Source: a virus (lineage: Duplodnaviria; Caudoviricetes). Taken from it: a stretch of 64,000 nt of DNA. Positions within the stretch are counted from its first letter, which is position 1. Each line of letters begins with the position of its first letter. The notes under the pieces are model-generated. The model had not been told where the DNA came from. It worked only from the letters and a program-made list of their open reading frames with translations, and made no database searches. Positions 40,629 to 48,800 of the stretch are shown here, piece by piece. The position numbers were made by a program, and so were the translations under genes. Location of the stretch: the IMG/VR virus record IMGVR_UViG_3300011116_001227; one strand, 5' to 3'.

Positions 40629-40804
40629 CCTTTTAAGATATTGTTAGACTTAGCGAGTGCTTCGTTCATATTGGACATCATCTGTCTAATCTTTAGCAAC
40701 TCTTCTTCTAATTCTTCAACATTCTTGCCTAAAGATCTGTCTTCTTCGATTCTAGCAAGAAGATTCACGTATAATTCATGCAGTTTTTCTGATGATGCGG
40801 GCAT
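40625..40804 (-). CDS. small coiled-coil hypothetical protein
   Basis: start taken at MPASSEK (40804); heptad-like acidic/basic helix; 4-nt overlap with the next gene. Confidence 0.5.
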   Translation of the reverse strand: MPASSEKLHELYVNLLARIEEDRSLGKNVEELEEELLKIRQMMSNMNEALAKSNNILKG

Positions 40805-41081
40805 TTTTTTGTCCTTTCTTGTTAACTTCTTCACTTTCGATTTTGATCTGACTATTATTTTTATTGAGATCGCTAACTCTCTTCTCTTCTTGAAGAATCC
40901 AAGATTCAAACTTTGTTTTGTTAGTTTGATCTTGAACAGTCTGCATATTTTGAAGAATTATTGATCTTAATTCTAACAAAAGATTTTGTTGAGCATCTCT
41001 GCTGTCTGCTTCTACGACTTTCGTCGTAAGAAGAGTTTCATATAGAAAAATTGTCTCAGTAGGGGTTAAAGATAAAAGCAT
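40776..41081 (-). CDS. hypothetical protein
   Basis: start taken at MLLSLTP (41081) with GGAGG SD. Confidence 0.55.
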   Translation of the reverse strand: MLLSLTPTETIFLYETLLTTKVVEADSRDAQQNLLLELRSIILQNMQTVQDQTNKTKFESWILQEEKRVSDLNKNNSQIKIESEEVNKKGQKNARIIRKTA

Positions 41082-41155
41082 TTTTACCTCCAGAAAAATT
41101 AAAAACGGCACACCTTTCGATGCGCCGTCTTATTCTACAATATTTTAATTTAAAA

Positions 41156-41419
41156 TCACCAAGCCTTGTCAGTAAATCTATAATGCTTCTGAAGAGCACG
41201 ATAGATTGTACGGGCTTCACGTCCATCAAAACGGAAAGTATCACCATTTGGTGAATCAACAAAAAGAACAGTTGAATCACTCACAGGATTTGTGCTAACT
41301 GCAACTGTAATTCCTGTATTACGGCGAGTCGTCTCTGTTCGAAGCTTTCCAGTACGATCTTCACGCGAAACAATTGTAGAATTACGATTAGCTGATTGTG
41401 TGTTCTTACGTCGTGTCAT
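41156..41419 (-). CDS. small basic hypothetical protein
   Basis: 87 aa, Arg/Thr-rich, AGAGG SD. Confidence 0.6.
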   Translation of the reverse strand: MTRRKNTQSANRNSTIVSREDRTGKLRTETTRRNTGITVAVSTNPVSDSTVLFVDSPNGDTFRFDGREARTIYRALQKHYRFTDKAW

Positions 41420-41507
41420 AATTTACCTCTGTAATATTAGAACCAGTGGTTCCTATGCTTCTATAATAAGACAGAGGTATGTCTATGTTCAAAACTTGAT
41501 CTTGTAA

Positions 41508-41816
41508 TTATTTTTCTTCAATCTTAGACATCAGTATACCAACCTTCTTAGAAGCATCTGGGTCTGCTGCAAGCAAAGCTTTTACAAATGCTAAAAGAGC
41601 TGCTCCCTTGCTAGCATCGCCCTTTTTGGCAGCGAGAACTGCAACTTTTAATGTCTGTTCATCCATGCCTAATTGATTAGCGATCTCTTTTGTATTGAGC
41701 TGTCCCTTTGTGTCTGTTTTTTCGCCTTTTGCAGAAGCTGCTGAGTCTTCTCCTCCTTCTCGAAGAATCTCTTGACGAATAATTTTACGTAATTGTAGTT
41801 CTGTTAATTTTATCAT
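41508..41816 (-). CDS. small protein with MIKLTxxQLRKIIxxE leader
   Basis: MIKLTELQLRKIIRQEILRE; ATACTTA motif at 41832-41838. Confidence 0.65.
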   Translation of the reverse strand: MIKLTELQLRKIIRQEILREGGEDSAASAKGEKTDTKGQLNTKEIANQLGMDEQTLKVAVLAAKKGDASKGAALLAFVKALLAADPDASKKVGILMSKIEEK

Positions 41817-41954
41817 TTTTTTTACTTTATTTAAGTATCCAAGAAATTTATTCGGGTCCCAGAGTTTAAATATAAAAAATTACTAAATTATTGGCTGTTG
41901 CCAACAAAAACAAAAGGCGATATTTTCTAATGCCCTGCTTATTAAACAAAGCAG

Positions 41955-43556
41955 TTATTTCGAATTAATTAATCCTGATATAATATTGGGTGAATTACCA
42001 AATTCTGCAGTCTTATTTCCGTCACCTCTAGCAACAGCATAAACTGCTGCAGTTGAAGCAAAAGAAGAAACCTGTTCAGATGTCTTTGACACGTCATCTG
42101 CACCAGTGACCGGATTGAATCCAACAGCATTCTTTCCTCCAACCTTGTTGGCATAAACATGTCCAAACCAACCGTTCTTGATGTTTGCTTTAGGATCCAT
42201 AACATAGAGCCAATTGCAACCGTCGGGAGTTGCGTCAGGCCACGCATTTCCTTGAAGTGGTGTATGAGGAGTATCGCCATATGCGACAAACGTCGTGTTT
42301 TGATCTAGCTTTTCTGTCACACTCTCAGGATCAGTCTGCTGTGACAGATAGTTGTAGAAGCCATTCAGGACCTTCCCTAGGTGTTTTGTGGTATTTCTGC
42401 CTTGGTTCATTAAGGTAGAATTATCAAATGTAACGTGGGGGTCTGTGAAGGTCGTGTCGGAGGTCGGTCCTGGGGATAATGCTACTATCGCAGTCTTCGA
42501 TAACCCAAGAGTAAATGCCTTAGCAACTACGATAAGAACTCTACCAAATTCTTCTATTTGATTTTTTTGAGAAGGCGTCATATAAGAAGAAGATGAAGCT
42601 GCACCGTCGAGCATCTCTTGAATTCCAAAATCAGATAAGTCTTGGCTTGTTGGAGTCAACTGCGAAGCAAAGTTAAGTCCAATGATTCGTGCTGCATTCT
42701 TTGTGACAGACATCTGAGGTAACCATGTAGATCGGCTAGAAGACTTTCTTAGTCCGACAAGTGCTTTATAATAGACCTCAAATAACTCCTGATCGTTTTT
42801 GCTGATTAGAGCAAATTGACTTGCTGCAGAATTAAAAAGATCGATCATTCCTGCAGAGCTTGGAACAGTTGCTACTTCAGGAGCACCTGGCGCTCTTCCA
42901 TACTTGACGGGATCTATTCCAAGGACAGGTACAATCGCGCCTGAACCTGCTGATCCGAGAGATGCAAGTGCTGCCACCATAGTAGAATTACCAGACAATG
43001 ATGTAGAAGAAGTTGGAAATTCTGTGTGTGTCTCATCCTTTCCAGACATGAAGGCAGAGACAGGATACTTTGGGGTTCCTGTAGAATGATCGAACCAAGG
43101 AGCATCAGGACCATAGAAGAAAGGTCTGTCACCGCCTGACCAACTCTTTACGCCAGCTGGAAGAGACGGAATGACATTTCCCTTACCTGATGTGTACGTT
43201 CCACGGTATCCGCTTCCCGGATTGTATCCGTACTGAGACGTATAGAGGTAAGAAGAAAATCCACCGAACTGCGATGTTAATCCAGGAACGTTGGCATTTT
43301 GACATGCCTTGAGACCAACATCAGCGACGGGCCACAGTTCTTGAAACCACGCCTGTGATCCATTTGGAGCTGGTACTATTAATGAACGACCAAATGTAGA
43401 TCCGGCAGCTTCAGCAAGTCCCGATCCACCCTCGTCTGATAAAAAGTTTAAAAGTTTACTTCTCTCAATTCCCACAGCAGCAGCAACAACTGTGCACATT
43501 TTTAGAAATGTTCTGCGTTGTTCTCCTCGAAGATCTTTTAATTTCCAGTTAGACAT
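41955..43556 (-). CDS. Tat-exported protein, DUF1501/DUF1552-like
   Basis: twin-arginine signal QRRTFLKM + hydrophobic stretch + AEAA cleavage-like site; C-terminal DPH...LDQNTTFVAYGDTPHTP resembles the DUF1501 LDDTLVV..SEFGRTP region. Confidence 0.6.
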   Translation of the reverse strand: MSNWKLKDLRGEQRRTFLKMCTVVAAAVGIERSKLLNFLSDEGGSGLAEAAGSTFGRSLIVPAPNGSQAWFQELWPVADVGLKACQNANVPGLTSQFGGFSSYLYTSQYGYNPGSGYRGTYTSGKGNVIPSLPAGVKSWSGGDRPFFYGPDAPWFDHSTGTPKYPVSAFMSGKDETHTEFPTSSTSLSGNSTMVAALASLGSAGSGAIVPVLGIDPVKYGRAPGAPEVATVPSSAGMIDLFNSAASQFALISKNDQELFEVYYKALVGLRKSSSRSTWLPQMSVTKNAARIIGLNFASQLTPTSQDLSDFGIQEMLDGAASSSSYMTPSQKNQIEEFGRVLIVVAKAFTLGLSKTAIVALSPGPTSDTTFTDPHVTFDNSTLMNQGRNTTKHLGKVLNGFYNYLSQQTDPESVTEKLDQNTTFVAYGDTPHTPLQGNAWPDATPDGCNWLYVMDPKANIKNGWFGHVYANKVGGKNAVGFNPVTGADDVSKTSEQVSSFASTAAVYAVARGDGNKTAEFGNSPNIISGLINSK

Positions 43557-43569
43557 TTTTTACCTCGAT

Positions 43570-44583
43570 TCACTGACAAGAATGTGCTGCACTGAGAAGA
43601 GCAGCTACTGCGATAATCCTCTTTTTATTTAAATCGCTTAGATCATTTGGATTTGCTTTCTGAATAATTAAATTGCACAGAAGCATGTGATCATCCGTAG
43701 CTGCTTGTCCAATTAAGCAACTCACATTTTCTTCTACACAACTACCATCTGACACGTTAAACATTGGCTTGTTCTTTCCATTTAAAGTGCATGCAGGCGC
43801 TTTTGAAGGATCAGAAATATTTGTAATAATTTGAGGTGCAGCTTGAATAAAAATATCCATAATTTTCATTGCAGATGCAGTAGTATGTTCATCCTTTTCG
43901 CCTAGACGAGAATCAAGCTTAGGCACACCTAACGCATTCTTACCTGTATAATAAAGGTAACCAGGCGTTGAAATTTTAGTTACACAGTAACCATCTTTTG
44001 CGTCAGGAGAGTTGTTTCCGACGTCAAGACAAGTACGATTAATTTCGTTCTGCTTGTCATCCTGATTGCAGAAGCACGCTTCTCCGTTTGGACACAATGG
44101 ATCATTACCTTGTCCGGATCCGTTTGCGGTGGTGTCAGCCATTTCACAAGCTGAATTACCTCCGCCAAAAACGTTACCTAACGACTGAGAAGCACCAAAA
44201 ATTGTTACTTGCGTAGTTTTTAAATCAGAAACACTGCCTTGAGGAATTGAGGCTCCACGTGAACGCAACAAATTACCAAGCTGCGTATATGATAATTTAT
44301 GGCAGCTATGCAGTCTAGAAATAATTTCATCTGCAGCAGGAGGCTGATAAGATGGAACTACACTCATACCACCAGAACCATCTTGTGAAGATCCGCTCGA
44401 TGAAGAACTAGATGATGTTGAAACTAAAGAATTTGTTCCACCTGAGCCTGCCATAGAAGATGAAGATACAGATGACACTGCTTCCTGTTCAGGGCAATCG
44501 TATTCTTCAATATCTGGTGGAGTAGATCCACAAGCTAAAATTAATACAAACAGTGTTGCAAATCCAAATAGATTCTTGTTCAT
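43570..44583 (-). CDS. cysteine-rich lipoprotein
   Basis: MNKNLFGFATLFVLILAC signal/lipobox (start 44583, 1 nt after the upstream stop), Ser/Gly linker, many Cys. Confidence 0.7.
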   Translation of the reverse strand: MNKNLFGFATLFVLILACGSTPPDIEEYDCPEQEAVSSVSSSSMAGSGGTNSLVSTSSSSSSSGSSQDGSGGMSVVPSYQPPAADEIISRLHSCHKLSYTQLGNLLRSRGASIPQGSVSDLKTTQVTIFGASQSLGNVFGGGNSACEMADTTANGSGQGNDPLCPNGEACFCNQDDKQNEINRTCLDVGNNSPDAKDGYCVTKISTPGYLYYTGKNALGVPKLDSRLGEKDEHTTASAMKIMDIFIQAAPQIITNISDPSKAPACTLNGKNKPMFNVSDGSCVEENVSCLIGQAATDDHMLLCNLIIQKANPNDLSDLNKKRIIAVAALLSAAHSCQ

Positions 44584-44584
44584 T

Positions 44585-46063
44585 TTAAAACCTCGTGAAA
44601 TCATCTGAGACTAGAATTTCTCTAAACACTTTCTTTAAGTTATAGTTGTTAGACTTAAACATAACGACAAACTTCGACATTGTCATTAATTCTGGATTTG
44701 GATCATTTCGATCAGGCATACTAACCCAGTTTCTTCCACCGACTTCTGTGATATCTGATCTACCCATCGCATAATTCCACATCCTCTTGACGGCGCACTC
44801 AAGGACTTCATCATCCTTTGACATCTGCTGTCCTAACTCTGACAGACTAGATGCAGGTGCAGGTGTTTCTACGCCATTAACTTTCATAACCTTCTTCCAC
44901 GCAGTTCCATTCTGACCTCCATTAGGACACTTTGAAGGATCAATGCAAAGCCAGTCTGATAACTTTGCACGTGGTGATCCAGGAACAGGAACGAATACTG
45001 AATATTCTCCTGCACCTGTCAGCATCTGATAGACGCCTTTTGAATCGAATTGTGAAAATAGCGGTGCTCTATGATTCCACGTCGCATGACAGTTTGCACA
45101 CACGTTGGCAACGTTATAGGCATGAAAGTCAATTCTACCTCCGTTACATGCACCGGCAATTTCATCGACGGACCATTTATTTTGGTACCCAGGAATCGGA
45201 GTTCCACCGCTACAGGGAGGATTTTGTGGAGGAACATCAGTCGGCTCTCCTCCTGCCTGCTCATTTCCATTTCGACAAAGAAAAGTCTCGTGGAAGAATC
45301 GATTTCGCCTGAACGAAAGATTTCCAAAGAAGATACTTTGAACGCCTGGATCAGTTAAAATTCCTGACGACTTCATCCCGACTCCCATGTTGTTACAATT
45401 ACCGTCAGAGAACACGTGAGTCGTCTGATTGTATGTGGGACACGCGTTGGCATCTTGAGTCAGCAACAATCTCCAATCTTTTTCTTCATAGAAGATTCTT
45501 GCAGCTAATGTGGGGGCAGTCTCACGAGTCGGTTCACCCGGTGTAGTGGAGGGACCGGACATCTTGAAGGTGTAGCGATAAAAGTCCAACATGGTATCAG
45601 CAAAACGAGGATCTGCGAGCTTCTTATCAATGAGCTCTTCATACTTTGCCTTCTGTAGGTCTTTTGGCAAATCGCTCAGCTGATAGATTTCAGAAACTGT
45701 AGGTACGTCTCCAACAATCAGAAAACTCGCTGTTCTTAAGGCTTCTGAATAATCGACTTCTCTCTCGTCCAACTCTGTCTTTTCTAATTGAGGTTGATTT
45801 CCTGATCCTGTAGAAACAGTAGATGAGACTTCTGCAACAGTTGCAACAATTTCATTTCCTGAAGTTGTTGTAGAAGATTTTTCACTTGGAACTACAACTT
45901 CACCAGATCCTGTCGATGGAGTAGGACAGTACTTGTAAATCGATGCTGAAGTGTCACCTGAGGCTTTATTCGGATTAGGACGTTCACACCCGTAGAATAA
46001 GAACGCCATAGAAACAATAACAAAAAAACTACGTTTTAAGAATTTGTTCTTTTCTTCTGACAT
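44585..46063 (-). CDS. lipoprotein with CxxCH motif, DUF1549/DUF1588/DUF1585-like
   Basis: lipobox FYGC; EALRTASFLIVGDVPT...YEELIDKKLADPRF (DUF1549-like); CANCH; ELGQQM...ECAVKRMWNYAMGR...YNLKKVFREILVSDDF (DUF1553/1585-like). Confidence 0.65.
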   Translation of the reverse strand: MSEEKNKFLKRSFFVIVSMAFLFYGCERPNPNKASGDTSASIYKYCPTPSTGSGEVVVPSEKSSTTTSGNEIVATVAEVSSTVSTGSGNQPQLEKTELDEREVDYSEALRTASFLIVGDVPTVSEIYQLSDLPKDLQKAKYEELIDKKLADPRFADTMLDFYRYTFKMSGPSTTPGEPTRETAPTLAARIFYEEKDWRLLLTQDANACPTYNQTTHVFSDGNCNNMGVGMKSSGILTDPGVQSIFFGNLSFRRNRFFHETFLCRNGNEQAGGEPTDVPPQNPPCSGGTPIPGYQNKWSVDEIAGACNGGRIDFHAYNVANVCANCHATWNHRAPLFSQFDSKGVYQMLTGAGEYSVFVPVPGSPRAKLSDWLCIDPSKCPNGGQNGTAWKKVMKVNGVETPAPASSLSELGQQMSKDDEVLECAVKRMWNYAMGRSDITEVGGRNWVSMPDRNDPNPELMTMSKFVVMFKSNNYNLKKVFREILVSDDFTRF

Positions 46064-46075
46064 ATAGACTCATTA

Positions 46076-46082
46076 TAACTAT
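46076..46082 (-). promoter_or_regulatory. putative promoter of the lipoprotein/Tat cassette (ATAGTTA overlapping TATAAT)
   Basis: minus strand reads TTTATAGTTATAATGAGTCTATATG up to the 46063 start. Confidence 0.4.
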
Positions 46083-46140
46083 AAATTGAATGGTAAGATA
46101 AACTTTTAAAAAAATACAACATGTAATTAAGCAATTATTT

Positions 46141-46494
46141 TTAAGAATTTTTTAAAGTCAAATGAGATAAACGATGATGCTTCTTTCTAAGAACAAGAGG
46201 ATTGTCTTTGACGAGCCAGAATTCTTTCTCTAGCGGAGGTTCTTCTCCTGCTTTAAACCACATCAACTTTCTTCCGCAAGACGAAGAATATACGCCAATT
46301 ATCGTTATCTCTCCAGCATGAATTAGATCATGACACGTGTGACACACTATAGCCAAATTGTGATTGTCGTTGGAGCATCGAGGATCGCACCGCGGAATGA
46401 TGTGGTGAAAGTTCAACGCCGCAGACCGATCAAACCCACAGACCTCGCACTGTTTTTTGACGAGTTTAGGTTGATTTCTGCTGCGACGCTTCAC
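46141..46494 (-). CDS. small HNH endonuclease
   Basis: CEVCG...LNFHHIIP...NLAIVCHTCHDLIH. Confidence 0.8.
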   Translation of the reverse strand: MKRRSRNQPKLVKKQCEVCGFDRSAALNFHHIIPRCDPRCSNDNHNLAIVCHTCHDLIHAGEITIIGVYSSSCGRKLMWFKAGEEPPLEKEFWLVKDNPLVLRKKHHRLSHLTLKNS

Positions 46495-46581
46495 TCGCTT
46501 TATTATACAATTCAGCGAAAATCTTAAATGAAATCAACGATACAATTATGACAACTCGTTCGCAGAAGGATATATAAAGAC

Positions 46582-47286
46582 ATGTTGTACGACAAGATTG
46601 TTCGTCGGCTGCTGAAAGAATCAAAGCTCGATTCATTCGCTCGTCAAATTAACAGAATGACGATGGACGGCATAAAAAACGTTATTTCTTCTAAATCGAC
46701 AAAAAGAAAAAATAAATTTCGATTTAAAAACGAAGCAACCGACAAAGATGGCACATCTATAGAGGTTGTCACTGACGTATTATTTCGCGAGAACAACAAT
46801 CGAGTGTCCGTAAGTGCCGGCTGGGACTGGCAAAATAGAGTAATGGACGTTCTCGTAAAAATTCCCGATGGAGTCGACAACTATAAAAATCTGCAAGAAA
46901 TTCAATCGAAGCTCTACGAAGCTATTAGACACGAGCTGGAACATTCCACACAAAGTGACGAAGAGGTTGATTCAGCAGAAGAAGCATATCACGACTTCGA
47001 ACAAGACAAATACGACATTGACGCGATTAAGAACTACTACTCTAACGAATCAGAAATACCTGCATTCGTTGCTGGTATTTATCACGCAGCAAAGCGTCTT
47101 CGAAAACCATTCTACCAATTAATGGAAGACAGGTTGGAAAAAATAAAGAAAAATATGAGCAAAAGAGCTGATGATATAGAACCCAGCTACATCAATTCAT
47201 CCGTAGAAGAAATAAGAACTGCGTGGAAAAATTACGCAAGTTTAAGATTTCCGAAAGCAGTCTTAAACAATACCTCAAATGATTAA
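46582..47286 (+). CDS. putative zinc metallopeptidase (HExxH)
   Basis: IRHELEHSTQ followed by YYSNESEIPAF (candidate third ligand Glu). Confidence 0.55.
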   Translation: MLYDKIVRRLLKESKLDSFARQINRMTMDGIKNVISSKSTKRKNKFRFKNEATDKDGTSIEVVTDVLFRENNNRVSVSAGWDWQNRVMDVLVKIPDGVDNYKNLQEIQSKLYEAIRHELEHSTQSDEEVDSAEEAYHDFEQDKYDIDAIKNYYSNESEIPAFVAGIYHAAKRLRKPFYQLMEDRLEKIKKNMSKRADDIEPSYINSSVEEIRTAWKNYASLRFPKAVLNNTSND

Positions 47287-47318
47287 TTAATTGTCTGGCG
47301 TAGCATGCATTAAGAGTT

Positions 47319-47396
47319 AAGCGACGCGGACGTTCGTATCCGCAGATTTCACAATGGTCTTTTACACAATTTTTCTTTTCAACGTCTGCGTCGCTT
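47319..47396. repeat. 16-bp inverted repeat with 46-nt spacer
   Basis: AAGCGACGCGGACGTT (47319-47334) and AACGTCTGCGTCGCTT (47381-47396); one mismatch that is a G-U pair on the plus strand. Confidence 0.8.
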
Positions 47397-47435
47397 CACA
47401 AGAAAGATTATAAGCAAATTATCGTGTTGTTAAAT

Positions 47436-47460
47436 TAAAAAACCGCAGCAGAGCCGCGGT
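47436..47460 (-). terminator. intrinsic terminator
   Basis: minus-strand stem ACCGCGGC-TCT-GCTGCGGT followed by a T-run, just after the 47486 stop. Confidence 0.75.
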
Positions 47461-47485
47461 CTCTTAAAACACAAAGTGATTGTTC

Positions 47486-47935
47486 TCAGGTTCCGCTGAA
47501 TGTCATCGTTCCTGAAACTGCTGTCTGCAAGAAAGACTTGCCGTCGCAGATATAAGCTGCTGCATTGCCAAGAATCGCTTGAAATGTAGATTTGCTGCCG
47601 TGACCAGCATTGTTTCCTGTTCCCGCAGATCCAGCAAACACTAGAGTTCCAGGATCTTCTTGAGAGCCTGTAAGGACGTGTGCCGTTGCAGAAGCATTTC
47701 TAAAAACGAAAAGAGATCCTGGCACTGTCGCTGCAAGAGGCATTGTAACAGTAACAGCAGATGCGCCGCTGATTGTGTACACGCCGCCAGCAACGAGTGT
47801 TGTGTTTGATGTAATAGGCGTAATTGTAACGACTGGTGTTGATGCAAATGTAATTGCAGAATCAATCTGCACGCCTGTCTGACCGCCAATCTGATTGAAA
47901 CCTGATGTGTCGTCAATCTTAACTTTAATACTCAT
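47486..47935 (-). CDS. putative virion structural / decoration protein
   Basis: 149 aa, Thr/Ser/Gly/Ala-rich, beta-strand-like; AAGGAG SD and ATATTTA motif at 47983-47989. Confidence 0.5.
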   Translation of the reverse strand: MSIKVKIDDTSGFNQIGGQTGVQIDSAITFASTPVVTITPITSNTTLVAGGVYTISGASAVTVTMPLAATVPGSLFVFRNASATAHVLTGSQEDPGTLVFAGSAGTGNNAGHGSKSTFQAILGNAAAYICDGKSFLQTAVSGTMTFSGT

Positions 47936-48029
47936 TGTGATTTTTCTCCTTGAATTTCCCCCACACTAAAATTGGGACACACTAAATATAGACTAGTCGA
48001 TTATTTAAAATAATTGTTCTATAGTCGAA

Positions 48030-48473
48030 TTATTTAGACATCATATAAGACTTGAATGCATCACTTCCAATAGCGTGATGCTTTCCTTCAATCTGATAAT
48101 AAAGATTCACACCGACGTTTAACGACCATTGCACCATCCAATTGAGAGTCTTAACGTCAAGTTTTCCCCCTGCTTCTGCAACCTCATAATGCGTGAGATC
48201 AGGTTGAGAAGGTAAAATAATTTTTGAAATTATGACTCCTGTTAAGTCAGGTCTCATCCACTCTGGAAAAGTTTCCTGCTCGGCGAGCCACGCGCAATTA
48301 TACGTTTTGCATACATCTGGACGACCTACATAATCAGTACATTTTCCTTTCGAGAGAAAGAAACAAGGACAACCTGGATACATGCTGTGACCTTTAATAT
48401 TAGCTGACAACCATCCTTCACAACACTTTGTGCATTCTCCACAAGTTCTATTTGCAATTTTTAATTGTTTCAT
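48030..48473 (-). CDS. YkgJ-like cysteine-cluster (Zn/Fe-chelating) protein
   Basis: CGECTKCC...CPCFFL..GKC..Y..RP.VCKTYNCAW; start taken at MKQLKIA (48473). Confidence 0.7.
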   Translation of the reverse strand: MKQLKIANRTCGECTKCCEGWLSANIKGHSMYPGCPCFFLSKGKCTDYVGRPDVCKTYNCAWLAEQETFPEWMRPDLTGVIISKIILPSQPDLTHYEVAEAGGKLDVKTLNWMVQWSLNVGVNLYYQIEGKHHAIGSDAFKSYMMSK

Positions 48474-48756
48474 CTGATTCCCAGTTTGATTTACCCACTG
48501 GATAACACTTGTAACATCTGCTGCCTCTTTCAAATGCTTGAAGAGTCTTTGGTTGAACTTCTCCACACTTCACGCATTCAAATTTGAGATACTGCTGTTG
48601 TCTTGATCTGTATTCTTCTAGATTTGTAATTAATTTAAACTCTTTTGATCTCTCTAATATTCTTTCTTCTATTGTTAAAGTTACCAACATTTTATTTTCA
48701 GATATTTTTTTAAGAGTCTCCTGGGTGTGGTGTCGACCATAAAAATGGTTTCCGGG
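48448..48756 (-). pseudogene. internal fragment of a NUMOD3 / Hef-like homing endonuclease
   Basis: frame upstream of the 48690 ATG is open and reads PGNHFYGRHHTQETLKKISENK (NUMOD3-like); downstream CVKC...RCYKCYP parallels CNRC...RCFQCAP of the 28380 protein; no nuclease core. Confidence 0.65.
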
Positions 48757-48757
48757 A

Positions 48758-48790
48758 ATACATTAACTGAATGTTTATAAACTACAAAGG
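48758..48790 (+). repeat. 33-bp direct repeat, copy 1
   Basis: ATACATTAACTGAATGTTTATAAACTACAAAGG; 32/33 identical to 49642-49674. Confidence 0.92.
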
Positions 48791-48800
48791 ACATGTTGAT

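Noticed and set aside
47326-47343. GTTCG-containing hairpin resembling a tRNA T-arm
   Set aside because: The loop is 8 nt and there is no D-arm, anticodon arm or acceptor stem/CCA. No tRNA gene could be supported.
47962-47986. Short direct repeat CACACTAAA x2 upstream of the 47935 gene
   Set aside because: Only 9 bp and two copies in AT-rich DNA, so it cannot be distinguished from chance.
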